A DNA stretch of 64,000 bases, from positions 1-64,000 of the forward strand of contig DAHVLZ010000010.1 of the NCBI GenBank assembly GCA_027320085.1, read 5' to 3'. This DNA comes from Pseudomonadota bacterium (lineage in GTDB: Bacteria; Pseudomonadota; Gammaproteobacteria; JAKAQQ01). This document shows positions 46,746 to 56,183 of the stretch, piece by piece. The notes under the pieces were generated by a model. That model made no database searches. It had not been told where the DNA came from and saw only the letters and a program-made list of their open reading frames with translations. The position numbers were made by a program, and so were the translations under genes. Within the stretch, counting starts at the first letter, position 1; the number at the start of each line of letters is the position of its first letter.

Positions 46746-47124
46746 CACGCCCCGCGGTGGACGTGCGGCGACGCCTCGCGGCGCCGCAGTGGCCGCAGTG
46801 CATGCCGGCCGCAAAGCACAGAAACTCGTCGCGCACGACACTGAAGTCAGTTACTTGGCAAACAGCGAACGCCAGCTTGCCATTGAACGCCTCCTGATCC
46901 GGTTCGGCGAAGCCCTGAAGAGTATTCCCAACCAGACGTTGGCGCAGATTGCCCCTGACATCGCCTGGGCAGGTCCCAAAGGCTTCCGAGACATAGCCTC
47001 GCACTGGTACGAGGAAGGGCTGGATCACCGCTTGATCTGGCACGCGCTCGTGAACGACTTGCCTCATATGCTCGACGCCATGCAGCGGTGGATTGACACG
47101 TGCAGCCCGAAGTCAGCCCCGTGA
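46735..47124 (+). CDS. HepT-like HEPN/DUF86 RNase toxin
   Basis: GEALK, IAW..GFRDIASHWY = Rx4HxY; overlaps MNT. Confidence 0.87.
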   Translation: MSSDTPRGGRAATPRGAAVAAVHAGRKAQKLVAHDTEVSYLANSERQLAIERLLIRFGEALKSIPNQTLAQIAPDIAWAGPKGFRDIASHWYEEGLDHRLIWHALVNDLPHMLDAMQRWIDTCSPKSAP

Positions 47125-47180
47125 TTATCACCACTGCATCCGTCCGAGTCGGGTGAGCAAGGTGGGGAGGTGTGACGCGG

Positions 47181-47732
47181 CTATCGTGGCTTGAGAACGA
47201 CAATGTGGACCCTGCTCCCCTTGCGCAACTCTTTGGCAAATCGGTTCTCCACACGATTACCGGGGCCAAATGCGGCTGAGTACCGAGCACCCGAGGAATA
47301 GTCAAAGAGAACAAGTATGACAACCTTGTAGTAGTGCGAATACAGTAGGGACTGGCTCAGCCCCTCTTTCCAGCGGGCCTTTGCAAATTGATCATTGAGT
47401 TTCTTGCACTCAATAGCGCAGAGCGGGTATTTGCCCGAGCCTCGCAGAAGACACTCAGGTCGAAACTTTTCCCCTACAAATTTGGCGGGTGTGATATTTC
47501 TGTTCTCGATACTGAGATTGCGTTGCAGGAGGTAGTTAATGAGAAAAGCATTGAGCCTTGTCTCCCCAAGTTTTTTTTGCTGCGGGAGGATTCTGAATCC
47601 CTTTATCTCTTTTAGAACGGCACCAAACTGGCCCGCTTCCAATTTTCCCATGCGCCTTTGAGCGGCTCTTTTTCTTGCCACTGTGACTCCCTTATCAGTT
47701 GACTCGCCGAACTGATGGACACAGACAGTCAA
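47181..47732 (-). CDS. hypothetical protein, possible PD-(D/E)xK nuclease (start may be 47651)
   Basis: Low-GC ORF; E..RPE..AIECK..Q...Y pattern. Confidence 0.55.
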   Translation of the reverse strand: MTVCVHQFGESTDKGVTVARKRAAQRRMGKLEAGQFGAVLKEIKGFRILPQQKKLGETRLNAFLINYLLQRNLSIENRNITPAKFVGEKFRPECLLRGSGKYPLCAIECKKLNDQFAKARWKEGLSQSLLYSHYYKVVILVLFDYSSGARYSAAFGPGNRVENRFAKELRKGSRVHIVVLKPR

Positions 47733-48001
47733 TTTACCCCAAAGAATGTCCGGAACGCGGCTCTAGAACTATCGTCCTGACGCCTATCTTGTGTCGCTTT
47801 CGGCACATCTCGTCAATGGGTTCGACGATGCTAAAGGAAATTTGGTTCTGTTGAAAACGGAGTTGGTAACACCGCCACGTCACGGTTGATCCGTGGGAAG
47901 ACGAGCTGGCCTGCGATGAGGATGATGAGCATGCGGACGGTGGGGAAGCAACCATACCCAGGTGTGTTTTATCCACATCTTCATCGCACGGGTGGGGTTC
48001 G

Positions 48002-48090
48002 ATGGGAGTGCGAGAACGATTTGAGCGGTATCTGGGACATCTGGCGACAGCGCTGGGACACACCGACCGGGTCGCCGGGCTCGGAGCGTG
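48002..48090 (+). mobile_element. IS701-family transposase N-terminal relic
   Basis: RFERYLGHLATALGHTDRVAGL. Confidence 0.6.
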
Positions 48091-48093
48091 GTC

Positions 48094-48208
48094 ACCTCCC
48101 ACTCATGGGCGGCCTTGAGCTCGTGAATTTTCTGGTTCGAAAAGACCCCGGAAAGGCCTTCGTGCTTAAAGCCCCCTCTCGTTTTTGTCTAGATTTCTGG
48201 GTCCATCA
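48094..48208 (-). mobile_element. second, more deleted copy of the IS3-family element
   Basis: Near-identical to 45578-45645 joined to 45790-45836. Confidence 0.75.
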
Positions 48209-48406
48209 TACAAAGCGCTCGGCCATCGGATTCAGTGTCAACCACCCCGGCTCGCCGGCGAGCCGCACGTCCCGGGCGATGCCGCCGTCCCCGGCCCGGG
48301 ACAAAACTACCTCACCGCGATCATCGAGTTTTATCCTTCGGCCGGTTGATGATGCTGGCGCCGATAGCGCCGAATGCCGGAGATCCGGCTTGTCGGGCGA
48401 GGCAGA

Positions 48407-49609
48407 TCAGCCTTTCCTGAAGCGGGCGGCTTCTTCCGAGCCCGCGGTGGCGTTGCCGGCGCTGTAGGAGTGCGCTCCCGCGCCGGCAAGCCGGCCTCCG
48501 TCCACAATCAGGTACTCATTCCGGATCGGCCGGTTCTCGAAGAAGCATTCCAGGATTTCCCGGGTTCCGGCCGCATATCGGGCTTGAGCCGACAAGGAGG
48601 TGCCGGAGGTGTGGGGCGTCATGCCGTGGTGCGGCATGGTCCGCCAGGGGTGATCCCCCGGTGCGGGCTGCGGGAACCAGACATCGCCGGCGTAGCCGGC
48701 CAGTTGGCCCGATTCCAGCGCGCGCACGACCGCCTCGCGGTCACAGAGCTTGCCGCGCGCGGTATTCACCAGATAGGCGCCGCGCTTGAACCGCTTGAGC
48801 GTCTCGTCGTTGATCATGTGCTCGGTTTCGGGATATAGCGGGCAATTCAAGGTGACCACATCGCAGGCCCCATACAGGTCTTCCCGGGAGGCATGCCAAG
48901 TCAAGCCCAGTTCCTTTTCAACCGACTTCGGGAGGCGATGGCGATCGGTGTAGTGGAGGTGCACATCGAAGGGCTTGAGGCGCCTGAGCACGGCAAGTCC
49001 GATGCGGCCGGCAGCGACTGTTCCCACATGCATGCCCTCCACGTCATAGGAGCGGGCAACGCAATCGGCAATATTCCACCCTCCTTTCACGACCCATTGA
49101 TAGGACGGGATGTAGTTGCGCACAAGGCCCAGGATCATCATGACCACATGCTCGGATACCGAGATCGAATTGGAGAACGTCACCTCGGCCACGGTGATGC
49201 CACGATCAATCGCAGCCTGCAGGTCGACATGGTCCGAGCCGATACCCGCGGTGATCGCGAGCTTGAGCTTCGGGGCCTTGGCAATCCGCCCGGCCGTCAG
49301 GTAAGCCGGCCAGAACGGCTGCGAGATGACGACATCCGCATCCCCCAACTCGCGTTCGAATACGGAATCCGGCCCATCCTTGTCGGAGGTCACAACCAGA
49401 GTGTGACCCTTGGATTCCAGATATTTGCGCAGCCCGAGTTCACCCGAGACACTGCCGAGCAGGACACCCGGCTGGAAGTCGATGGCCTTGGGCGTGGGCA
49501 GCGTCTGGCCGTCGGGGTAGCGGGTCAGTCTCGGCACACCCTCGCGCGCATAGGATTTCGGGTAGCCATCGACCGGATCGTCATAGAGAACACACACAAC
49601 TTTGGCCAT
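48407..49609 (-). CDS. fdh: NAD-dependent formate dehydrogenase
   Basis: SQPFWPAY, AGIGSDH, AAGRIG, YTDRH, GDVWFPQP, PHTSG. Confidence 0.96.
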   Translation of the reverse strand: MAKVVCVLYDDPVDGYPKSYAREGVPRLTRYPDGQTLPTPKAIDFQPGVLLGSVSGELGLRKYLESKGHTLVVTSDKDGPDSVFERELGDADVVISQPFWPAYLTAGRIAKAPKLKLAITAGIGSDHVDLQAAIDRGITVAEVTFSNSISVSEHVVMMILGLVRNYIPSYQWVVKGGWNIADCVARSYDVEGMHVGTVAAGRIGLAVLRRLKPFDVHLHYTDRHRLPKSVEKELGLTWHASREDLYGACDVVTLNCPLYPETEHMINDETLKRFKRGAYLVNTARGKLCDREAVVRALESGQLAGYAGDVWFPQPAPGDHPWRTMPHHGMTPHTSGTSLSAQARYAAGTREILECFFENRPIRNEYLIVDGGRLAGAGAHSYSAGNATAGSEEAARFRKG

Positions 49610-49649
49610 TTCATTTCCTCCTCATGGCGAAGAACTCTTCATCAGGCAC

Positions 49650-49770
49650 CGCCCCGACAGGTCAATGCGCAAAAAGCGCATAAACGGGGGCCGATCGGTT
49701 ACCTCAGGGTCCAGCGCCCCGTCCGAGAACCCATACCCGTTCCGCAAGACAGACACCTGGACATCAGCCG
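49650..49770 (-). mobile_element. IS5-family transposase fragment
   Basis: VLRNGYGFSDGAL..VTDR..FMRFL. Confidence 0.6.
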
Positions 49771-49894
49771 ATTGAATGTCCATGTTTTCATTGTAACAAA
49801 ACCTTCCCGAGCACATCCCTGTGGGCCGATTTTTTCGTATGGTCTTCCTTTTGCTCCAGCCTCCTCCAATGCATGAGCCTGACCGGGGATCGTG

Positions 49895-50092
49895 ATTCCA
49901 AGGAGACGGTGCCCCCGATGCCCCCGCGACAGGGCCTGGCCGGCTGCGCCGAAAGACACGCCTCGATATCCCTCAGGCTTTTCCGACAGGTCAGCTGCGC
50001 GAAGACAGGCTTGCCGGCGTACATGGCGATCTCCCGAATAAGTCGGGAAAGTCTGCCGGAGGGGGACGGTTTTATTCCAAAGCTAGCCACCA
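49895..50092 (-). mobile_element. IS4-family (DUF4372) transposase N-terminal relic
   Basis: MYAGKPVFAQL..TCRKSLRDIEACL. Confidence 0.7.
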
Positions 50093-50097
50093 AGGCT

Positions 50098-50130
50098 TTC
50101 ACGTCCTGGCATCAATCGTTGCAGCCCGGA
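50098..50130 (+). repeat. 33-bp direct repeat, copy 2
   Basis: TTCACGTCCTGGCATCAATCGTTGCAGCCCGGA. Confidence 0.9.
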
Positions 50131-50141
50131 CAGGCCGATCC

Positions 50142-50236
50142 ATCGTTTCAATATTCGTGAAACGATATCTTGACGATAGGAGAAAACATATATATCTTAA
50201 TAAGATAATCGTTTCAGTCTTTGGAAAATCGTTTCA
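50142..50236 (+). promoter_or_regulatory. operator array upstream of the second fic gene
   Basis: ATCGTTTCA at 50142, 50208 and 50228, inverted copy at 50158; AT-rich. Confidence 0.65.
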
Positions 50237-51537
50237 TGGCATTCACCGACCAAGCCCTTCTTGATTATGTCGCCGCCCATCCCGGCGCGGGCCGGGAGGA
50301 CATCAGGCGCCACATCGCACCCGATGTGAGCGCGCCGACGATCTGGCGCGCGCTCAAGCGCCTGGCCGATGAAGGCAAGCTGGAAGTCTCGGGAAGGGGC
50401 CGCGCCACGGGCTACAGCCTGGCGGGCGCCGCCGTGGTGCGCGCCCACCTACAAACGCCCTACAACCGCCGGCGGCCCACGACCCATAACAGAGAGTTTC
50501 TCGACCGCTACATTCCGAACAGGAGCTTCTATCTCGGCGCTGCCGAGCGGGCGCGGCTGCATGAGACCGGCCGCCCTGAGCCACAGCGGCTGCCCGCCGG
50601 CCCCTATGCGCGCCGCATCCTTGAGCGGCTCCTTGTGGATCTGTCCTGGGCGTCATCGCGTATGGAGGGCAATACCTATGACATCCTCGAAACAGAGCGG
50701 CTGATCCGTTTCGGCCAGGAGGCCGCCGGCAAGGATCGCCGGGAAGCGGTCATGATCCTCAATCACAAGGAAGCGATCCAGTACGTCGTCGAGCATCTCG
50801 CCGACATCACCATCAGCCGCCCTGACCTGTTCAGCATTCATGCCTTGCTCGCCGACGGCTTGCTTGCCGATCCCGCAATGGGAGGACGGCTGCGGTGGAT
50901 GCCGGTCGGCATTTCCTATTCGAGCTACAGGCCGCAGGCTGATCATTTCGCGATCGAGGAAGAATTCGACATACTGGTGCAGAAGGCGGCGGCGATCACT
51001 GATCCGTTCGAGCAATCCTTCTTCCTGCTGGTCCACATCCCGTATCTACAGCCGTTCGAGGATGTCAACAAACGGACTTCGCGCATTGCCGCCAACATCC
51101 CGTTGCTCAAGGCCGGCCACGCCCCTATGTCGTTTTTGACCCTGAACGACGCTGATTATCTTGACGGGCTGATCGGCGTGTACGAGTTGAACAACGTCTC
51201 GCTGTTGCGCGGCGTGTATATCGACGCCTACCTGGCCTCCGCCGAAAACTACCAGGTGCTGCGCGCCGAGCTTGAGAGCCCGGAGAAAGCGTCGCTTGCC
51301 TACCGTGATTTTGTACGCGCGGCTGTACGCCGCAGCGTACTCGAATGGAAGGCGTTTCGGCCGGACTCGGTGATGGCCATGGCCACCGATGCCGGCATTC
51401 CGGAGGCCGACCGCGAGCAGGTCGTCAACTATATCGGCCAGGAGTTCCGGGGCCTTCACGATGGCAATGTCATCCGCTACCGACTGCGCCCCGAGGACCT
51501 TGCCGAGATGGCGCGCGAGCAGGCGGGACAACGATGA
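50236..51537 (+). CDS. Fic family protein, N-terminal wHTH, non-canonical motif
   Basis: SSRMEGNT, LNHKEA, QPFEDVNKRTSR. Confidence 0.9.
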   Translation: MAFTDQALLDYVAAHPGAGREDIRRHIAPDVSAPTIWRALKRLADEGKLEVSGRGRATGYSLAGAAVVRAHLQTPYNRRRPTTHNREFLDRYIPNRSFYLGAAERARLHETGRPEPQRLPAGPYARRILERLLVDLSWASSRMEGNTYDILETERLIRFGQEAAGKDRREAVMILNHKEAIQYVVEHLADITISRPDLFSIHALLADGLLADPAMGGRLRWMPVGISYSSYRPQADHFAIEEEFDILVQKAAAITDPFEQSFFLLVHIPYLQPFEDVNKRTSRIAANIPLLKAGHAPMSFLTLNDADYLDGLIGVYELNNVSLLRGVYIDAYLASAENYQVLRAELESPEKASLAYRDFVRAAVRRSVLEWKAFRPDSVMAMATDAGIPEADREQVVNYIGQEFRGLHDGNVIRYRLRPEDLAEMAREQAGQR

Positions 51538-51547
51538 GGTTTCCCGA

Positions 51548-51583
51548 GCTTCAATGAGGCCGCAGCAAATCACTGCGGAATAT
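51548..51583 (-). CRISPR. solitary CRISPR-like repeat (type I-G/I-U-like); no array or cas genes in the window
   Basis: ATATTCCGCAGTGATTTGCTGCGGCCTCATTGAAGC: 36 nt, CCGCAG/CTGCGG stem, ATTGAAGC 3' handle. Confidence 0.75.
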
Positions 51584-52313
51584 TTGATGACGAAATACAA
51601 CAAATGTGCGGCCTTGGCCTCGATGCTCGGATACGCCGGCTCGCCGAACGCGCTCTGGTCAAGATTCCCCAGGATGGATTCAAGCCCTGCCTTGTGCTCC
51701 TGCCCGAACAATCCGCTGGCTTCGCGGCGCGCGATCAGGTCCCGCTTGAGCACCTCAATGCCGGCATGGGCCTCGGCAATGCCGGGCAACACACCGCCGG
51801 CGGTTCCTTTCGGCTCGGTCAGCAGCCCTTCGTCGTAGCGCTGCAAAAGCAAAAAGGTCCGGGTATAGCAGGCGATGACATCGACCAGGCCGCGGTCCTG
51901 GTCGCCGGTGAGCGCCTCGCGTCCGGCGGTCTTGCGGATGAGCACGAGCGCTGCCTCCAGTTCCCGCGCCTTCTGCTCGAAACGCCGACGATGGACAGTG
52001 TAACCCTGCGTGAGATGCTCTTTGAGGATCTGGGTGGCCCAGATGCGGAACTGGGTACCGCGTTTCGACTTGACGCGGTAGCCGACGGAGATGATCACAT
52101 CCAGGCTGTAAAAGGCGACAGGCTTGTCGGAATTTGCAATGTGCATTTTTTGCACATTGCCATTTTCCTTGAGTTCACTTTCCGCAAAGATGTTCCGAAT
52201 ATGTTTGGTGAGGACAGATCGCCCCCGGCCAGCCGCACGTCCAAGGCGGTCCGGCCGTCCTCGGTCCGGTACAGGAGCACTTCGCCATGATCTTCGGGTT
52301 TTGCCCGGGTCAT
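51584..52313 (-). pseudogene. RhuM + Fic/Doc protein, frameshifted and truncated
   Basis: YSLDVIISVGYRVKSKRGTQFRIWAT; homology ends at KAAHLLYFVIK, before the expected NHPF.DGNKR. Confidence 0.85.
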
Positions 52314-52833
52314 GGTTTTGCCTTCCTGATCGGGCTTGGGCCCATGGTGGACATCGCTTGATCCAGCCGCTGCATGAAATTCCGCTTGGCCCTGTGTCTG
52401 GCCCGCACGACGTCGGGCCACGCTGCGAACCCCCTTTCCTGTTTTGTGCGACGCGTCAAGTTGCGGACCCTAACTATGAGGGCGACGGCTTCATCATAGG
52501 CGGGGTTATTCTTTTGCTCAACGATGCCATTGAGGCGGTTACGGTAGATTTCCGCGGCGTCGGCGGGGTGATTCCTTTCGCGCGCCCGGGCGAGAGCAAA
52601 CCACAGGTCTTGCGTGCAACCACCGGGCAGGTGCAGGAGTAGCCGAGTCGTTTGCCCTCCGCCCAGAGTTGCACGGCGTATTCGTCGCCGCCCCCGACGC
52701 GCGCGTTGATCGTCTCATCCGTCACCACAAGATCGATCACGGCGCCCGGCTCGAAATAGGCGTGACCACGCGCGTAGGCGAGGTCGCCCGCTCCGGTCCG
52801 CAGGACGTTTTCGGTGATCACACCGTTACGCAT
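52310..52833 (-). pseudogene. SWIM zinc-finger protein with internal deletion
   Basis: YARG..YF, YSCTCP joined out of frame to C-terminal LWFALARARE..AYDEA..RAKRNFM. Confidence 0.7.
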
Positions 52834-52975
52834 CCCTCAGTTTCCTGTTGTTCCAGTATCGGCTGGGGAGCCTTGTCCCATGATAACGCCGAAAGGGGAC
52901 AAGCCCCTGTCCCTGGAAATCTCAGAGCCGGATCCTCCACCCGGCGGTGCCGGCCGTGCAGAATCCGGGCCGGGC

Positions 52976-54619
52976 TCATCCGGGCCCGGCGGACATCCAC
53001 CCGGGACCGGACGGTTCCCGGTCCGGACCCCGCAGGCGATCTGCGGCCGGCAGCCGGGCGAGTTCCCGTTCGGGGAGCCTTTGCCAGCTGCGCGAGACGA
53101 GAAAGGTGTCGCGCACCTCGTCCCGGAGCCAGTGGACCTCGGTGCCGCACCGCCGGAGATGATCGAGCCCCCGCAGGCGGAGCAGTCCGTATTCGCGCCG
53201 CGGCCACTCGACGAGCACCAGGGTGAGATCCCGTTCCCGGGCCCATTCCCGGGCCGCCTCGAGTGCGGAAATCCCCATCCGGCGCGGCAGGTAGAACAAA
53301 AGACAGCGGGATTCCGGCCGGAGGGGGTTCTCCGGCCCCTCGCCAAGGAGGAGGCAGGGGAGCCGGAGCCGTCCCGGGCGCAGCGGAGCCGCCCCGGTGG
53401 GATCGCAGGATCCCAGACGGGACAGCAGGTCGCGCCCGTTTCCCCAGCACAGGTAGAACGCCGGAGCCGCCGGACCGCCCGGGGATGGCCGGTCCGGACA
53501 TTCGTGCCAGTCGCTGCCAAAACAGAGGCTCCGACCCCACCGGCCCTCGGATGGAACCGTCCTCTCCTCAAGGAGCGGTGGGAGCGCGGCCCTGAAGGTG
53601 GCCGCATCCATCCGGCCCACGGCTCTGGAAAAGAGCCGCCCGTAGACCTCGATCCGGCGGAACGACCCGTATTCGGCACCGAGTTCGCGCACAGTCTCCC
53701 CGACGAGCCCGGCCAGATCGAAGGGCTGAGACACCCCAGGTTCCCCCGGGGCCCGCCAGGGCGCCGCGGGCACCCGATCCGGCTGGATGCGACCGTACTC
53801 CTCACGCCAGCGACCGGCGATCTCGACCCACGAGGAAGCGGTCTTGGGCGGACGGGTGTGCAGGGTCAGGTACTGTTTTTCGCCCAGGGTCGCGAAATCC
53901 CGGGAGGACCCGGTGTGGGCGAGCGCCTGCTCGACCGCGTGGCTCCGTTTGGACCAGAGCGCAAGCAGGCGTCCGGGAATCTCCCCGATCTCGAAGGCGT
54001 GGGGGGTCGGCCGGATCGTATAGCCGAGCCCGGCAACGCGTGCCGCCAGATCGAGCCGGTAGTAGCCACCGAGGAGTTTCGCGGCATTGAAGAGAAAAAT
54101 GCGGTCGAGCGCGCGGAAGGGCCCCTCCGGGGTTGCCGTGAAATTGAGGATGACGCTGTGGGTATGGAGCTGCGGATCGGCCAGGCGCGACAGTCCATGC
54201 CGGAAGGTTGCGATCAGAAGTCCCGCCCCCGCCACGGCCACCGTGTTCCGGCCGATGTGCTTCTGGAAATAACAGTGTTCCGCCTCAATCCAGGACAAAG
54301 CCTCGCGGACGGACTGGTCGTGCGCATCGACCAGGCGGCGATCCCCCCAGACCAAGGCGGCAATCGAGACCGACTTCGGTGCACTGAAGGTGGCATCCAC
54401 GCCGCGCACGGTGGTCCCGGCGGGCCCCCGGGTTCCGCCGGGCAGGCGGCCTTCCAGCACCTCCCTGAAAACCGTGGGATCGACCGGCGGGACCAGTCTC
54501 CAGGCACGCGCCCATTGCCCGTCCCAGCCACTCGAGAGACGGGACTCGACCGTGAGATCGTCAATCGCAAAGTAATGCTGCACATGGGCCGCATCGCGGA
54601 TGATGCGGAAGCTCAGCAC
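52976..54619 (-). CDS. MOBF (TrwC-like) relaxase with degenerate helicase region
   Basis: MLS start, DATFSAPKSVS, H.LSRLADPQLHTH, WSKR; no Walker A seen. Confidence 0.87.
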   Translation of the reverse strand: MLSFRIIRDAAHVQHYFAIDDLTVESRLSSGWDGQWARAWRLVPPVDPTVFREVLEGRLPGGTRGPAGTTVRGVDATFSAPKSVSIAALVWGDRRLVDAHDQSVREALSWIEAEHCYFQKHIGRNTVAVAGAGLLIATFRHGLSRLADPQLHTHSVILNFTATPEGPFRALDRIFLFNAAKLLGGYYRLDLAARVAGLGYTIRPTPHAFEIGEIPGRLLALWSKRSHAVEQALAHTGSSRDFATLGEKQYLTLHTRPPKTASSWVEIAGRWREEYGRIQPDRVPAAPWRAPGEPGVSQPFDLAGLVGETVRELGAEYGSFRRIEVYGRLFSRAVGRMDAATFRAALPPLLEERTVPSEGRWGRSLCFGSDWHECPDRPSPGGPAAPAFYLCWGNGRDLLSRLGSCDPTGAAPLRPGRLRLPCLLLGEGPENPLRPESRCLLFYLPRRMGISALEAAREWARERDLTLVLVEWPRREYGLLRLRGLDHLRRCGTEVHWLRDEVRDTFLVSRSWQRLPERELARLPAADRLRGPDREPSGPGWMSAGPG

Positions 54620-54638
54620 ACGAGCCTCCGTCCCGACT

Positions 54639-56087
54639 TCACCAAGGCACTCCGACGTCCACAACCGGAAACTCCACCGCTTGCAGCCGGGGTCGTGGCT
54701 GGAAGGCCTGGGTGACCTCCGGTCGCTCGCGGGGCTTGAGCCGGATGGGCCGGATGGGATGGTCCCCGGCCAGGGCCAGATATCCCCTGCAGTCGCGGAG
54801 TGCCTGGATTTCACCGGGCAGGATCAGGCGCTCGAACTGCCGCCGGTCGGTATGCGACGCGCCGCCCCGTCCGTGGGACCACTCGCGCACCACGATCTCA
54901 CGTTCGCCGAGTTCACGGCTCAGGGTCTCGGCGGTACCGGCCTCCTGCGTGCGGAGGACCAGAAGCGATCCGAAGCAGGATCGGAGAATACGCGCACCCG
55001 TGCGACCGTAAGCCTCGTCCAGCTGGCTCACCGACTGGACACCCGCAAGACAGGAAAGCCCGTATTTGCGTCCCCGGGTCAGCGCATCGGTGAGGACCGG
55101 GATCGTACCCAGGGCCCCGAGTTCGTCCAGAACGATCCAGAAGCGCCGCCCCCGCTCCGGCCGCTGGGAGAGGATCCCGCCCACGGCCAGGTCGATCCAG
55201 GCCGCAAGGAGCGGTCTCATCAGGGCCAGCTGGTCGTCCCGGTAGGGCAAAAACAGCCATCCCCCATCGGTCCCGGTTGCCCAGCGTCGCACCGAAAAAC
55301 TGCCGGCATCCGCCATGGGGTTGAGAAAACGGTAGGGCGCGAGGTAGGTCCCGACGATGGCCCGGACCGAGCCCAGCATGCGTTCGGCCCCCTCTTCGAA
55401 GAGGGCGTGGGCCGGATGGCCGGTGACCTGGGCGGCCAGATCCGCGTTGGAAGAGCGCGTGAGCGTCTCGACCAGCGTGCCGGTCGCAGTCTGGCCCGTC
55501 TCCCACAAGCGTCCCATCACGGCCGCGACGAGCGATTGCGCGTAGTGGTGCCATTCGGCCTCAGCCGCGCCGCGGGTCGGGACAAGGCTCCGGGCAAGAC
55601 GTTCGACATCCCAGGCTGCGGTCATCTCCGCAAGCGGCGCCCAATCGACCGAGCGTTCATCCACGGGATTGAGGATCCGGTCTCCCTTCCGGTGGAAGCG
55701 GGACAGGAAATCGCCTCCGCAATCGGCCACGAGGACACGGTCACCCCGCCGCCGCAGGATCTCGAGGCAATCGGCCAAGGCCACACTCTTGCCGGAGCCG
55801 GGGCTGCCTGCGCAGAGGAGGTGGTAGGGCTCGAGCCGGTGCGGGATCCGGATGCCACCCACGCGCAGCCGGCTCATCCGGGCTGTGGCTTGGGTGAGGC
55901 GGTGCCCCAAGACCCGGAGCCAGGCGACCCGGCCGCGCCCTGCGATCTGCCGGCCACGCGAATGGCGACGTCCCGGGCGTGAGCGGCCGAATGGGAAAAA
56001 ACCGCCTCCCGGCAGGCTGCGCCGGATCAGGATCAGGCCCAAGAAAAAACCGCCCAGTGCGGCTGTGCCGATTCCGATTTCCCCCAT
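54639..56087 (-). CDS. type IV coupling protein (TrwB/TraD-like)
   Basis: HLL.AGSPGSGKS, NPVDERS, LDELGAL, RGRKYG, QSVSQL..YG, LGERE. Confidence 0.9.
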   Translation of the reverse strand: MGEIGIGTAALGGFFLGLILIRRSLPGGGFFPFGRSRPGRRHSRGRQIAGRGRVAWLRVLGHRLTQATARMSRLRVGGIRIPHRLEPYHLLCAGSPGSGKSVALADCLEILRRRGDRVLVADCGGDFLSRFHRKGDRILNPVDERSVDWAPLAEMTAAWDVERLARSLVPTRGAAEAEWHHYAQSLVAAVMGRLWETGQTATGTLVETLTRSSNADLAAQVTGHPAHALFEEGAERMLGSVRAIVGTYLAPYRFLNPMADAGSFSVRRWATGTDGGWLFLPYRDDQLALMRPLLAAWIDLAVGGILSQRPERGRRFWIVLDELGALGTIPVLTDALTRGRKYGLSCLAGVQSVSQLDEAYGRTGARILRSCFGSLLVLRTQEAGTAETLSRELGEREIVVREWSHGRGGASHTDRRQFERLILPGEIQALRDCRGYLALAGDHPIRPIRLKPRERPEVTQAFQPRPRLQAVEFPVVDVGVPW

Positions 56088-56183
56088 CCTTTCGCTCCCA
56101 CGGACCGCACCCTGCAGGGTAGGGCCTCAACCACAACGCCCGGGGGGACTCCCCGGGTACCGGACGCCCGGCCGACTACGGCT

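Noticed and set aside
51548-51583. Full CRISPR array
   Set aside because: Only one repeat found; no spacer periodicity or cas genes
56088-56183. oriT of the relaxase
   Set aside because: Short palindromes only; no match to MOBF nic sequences I recognise
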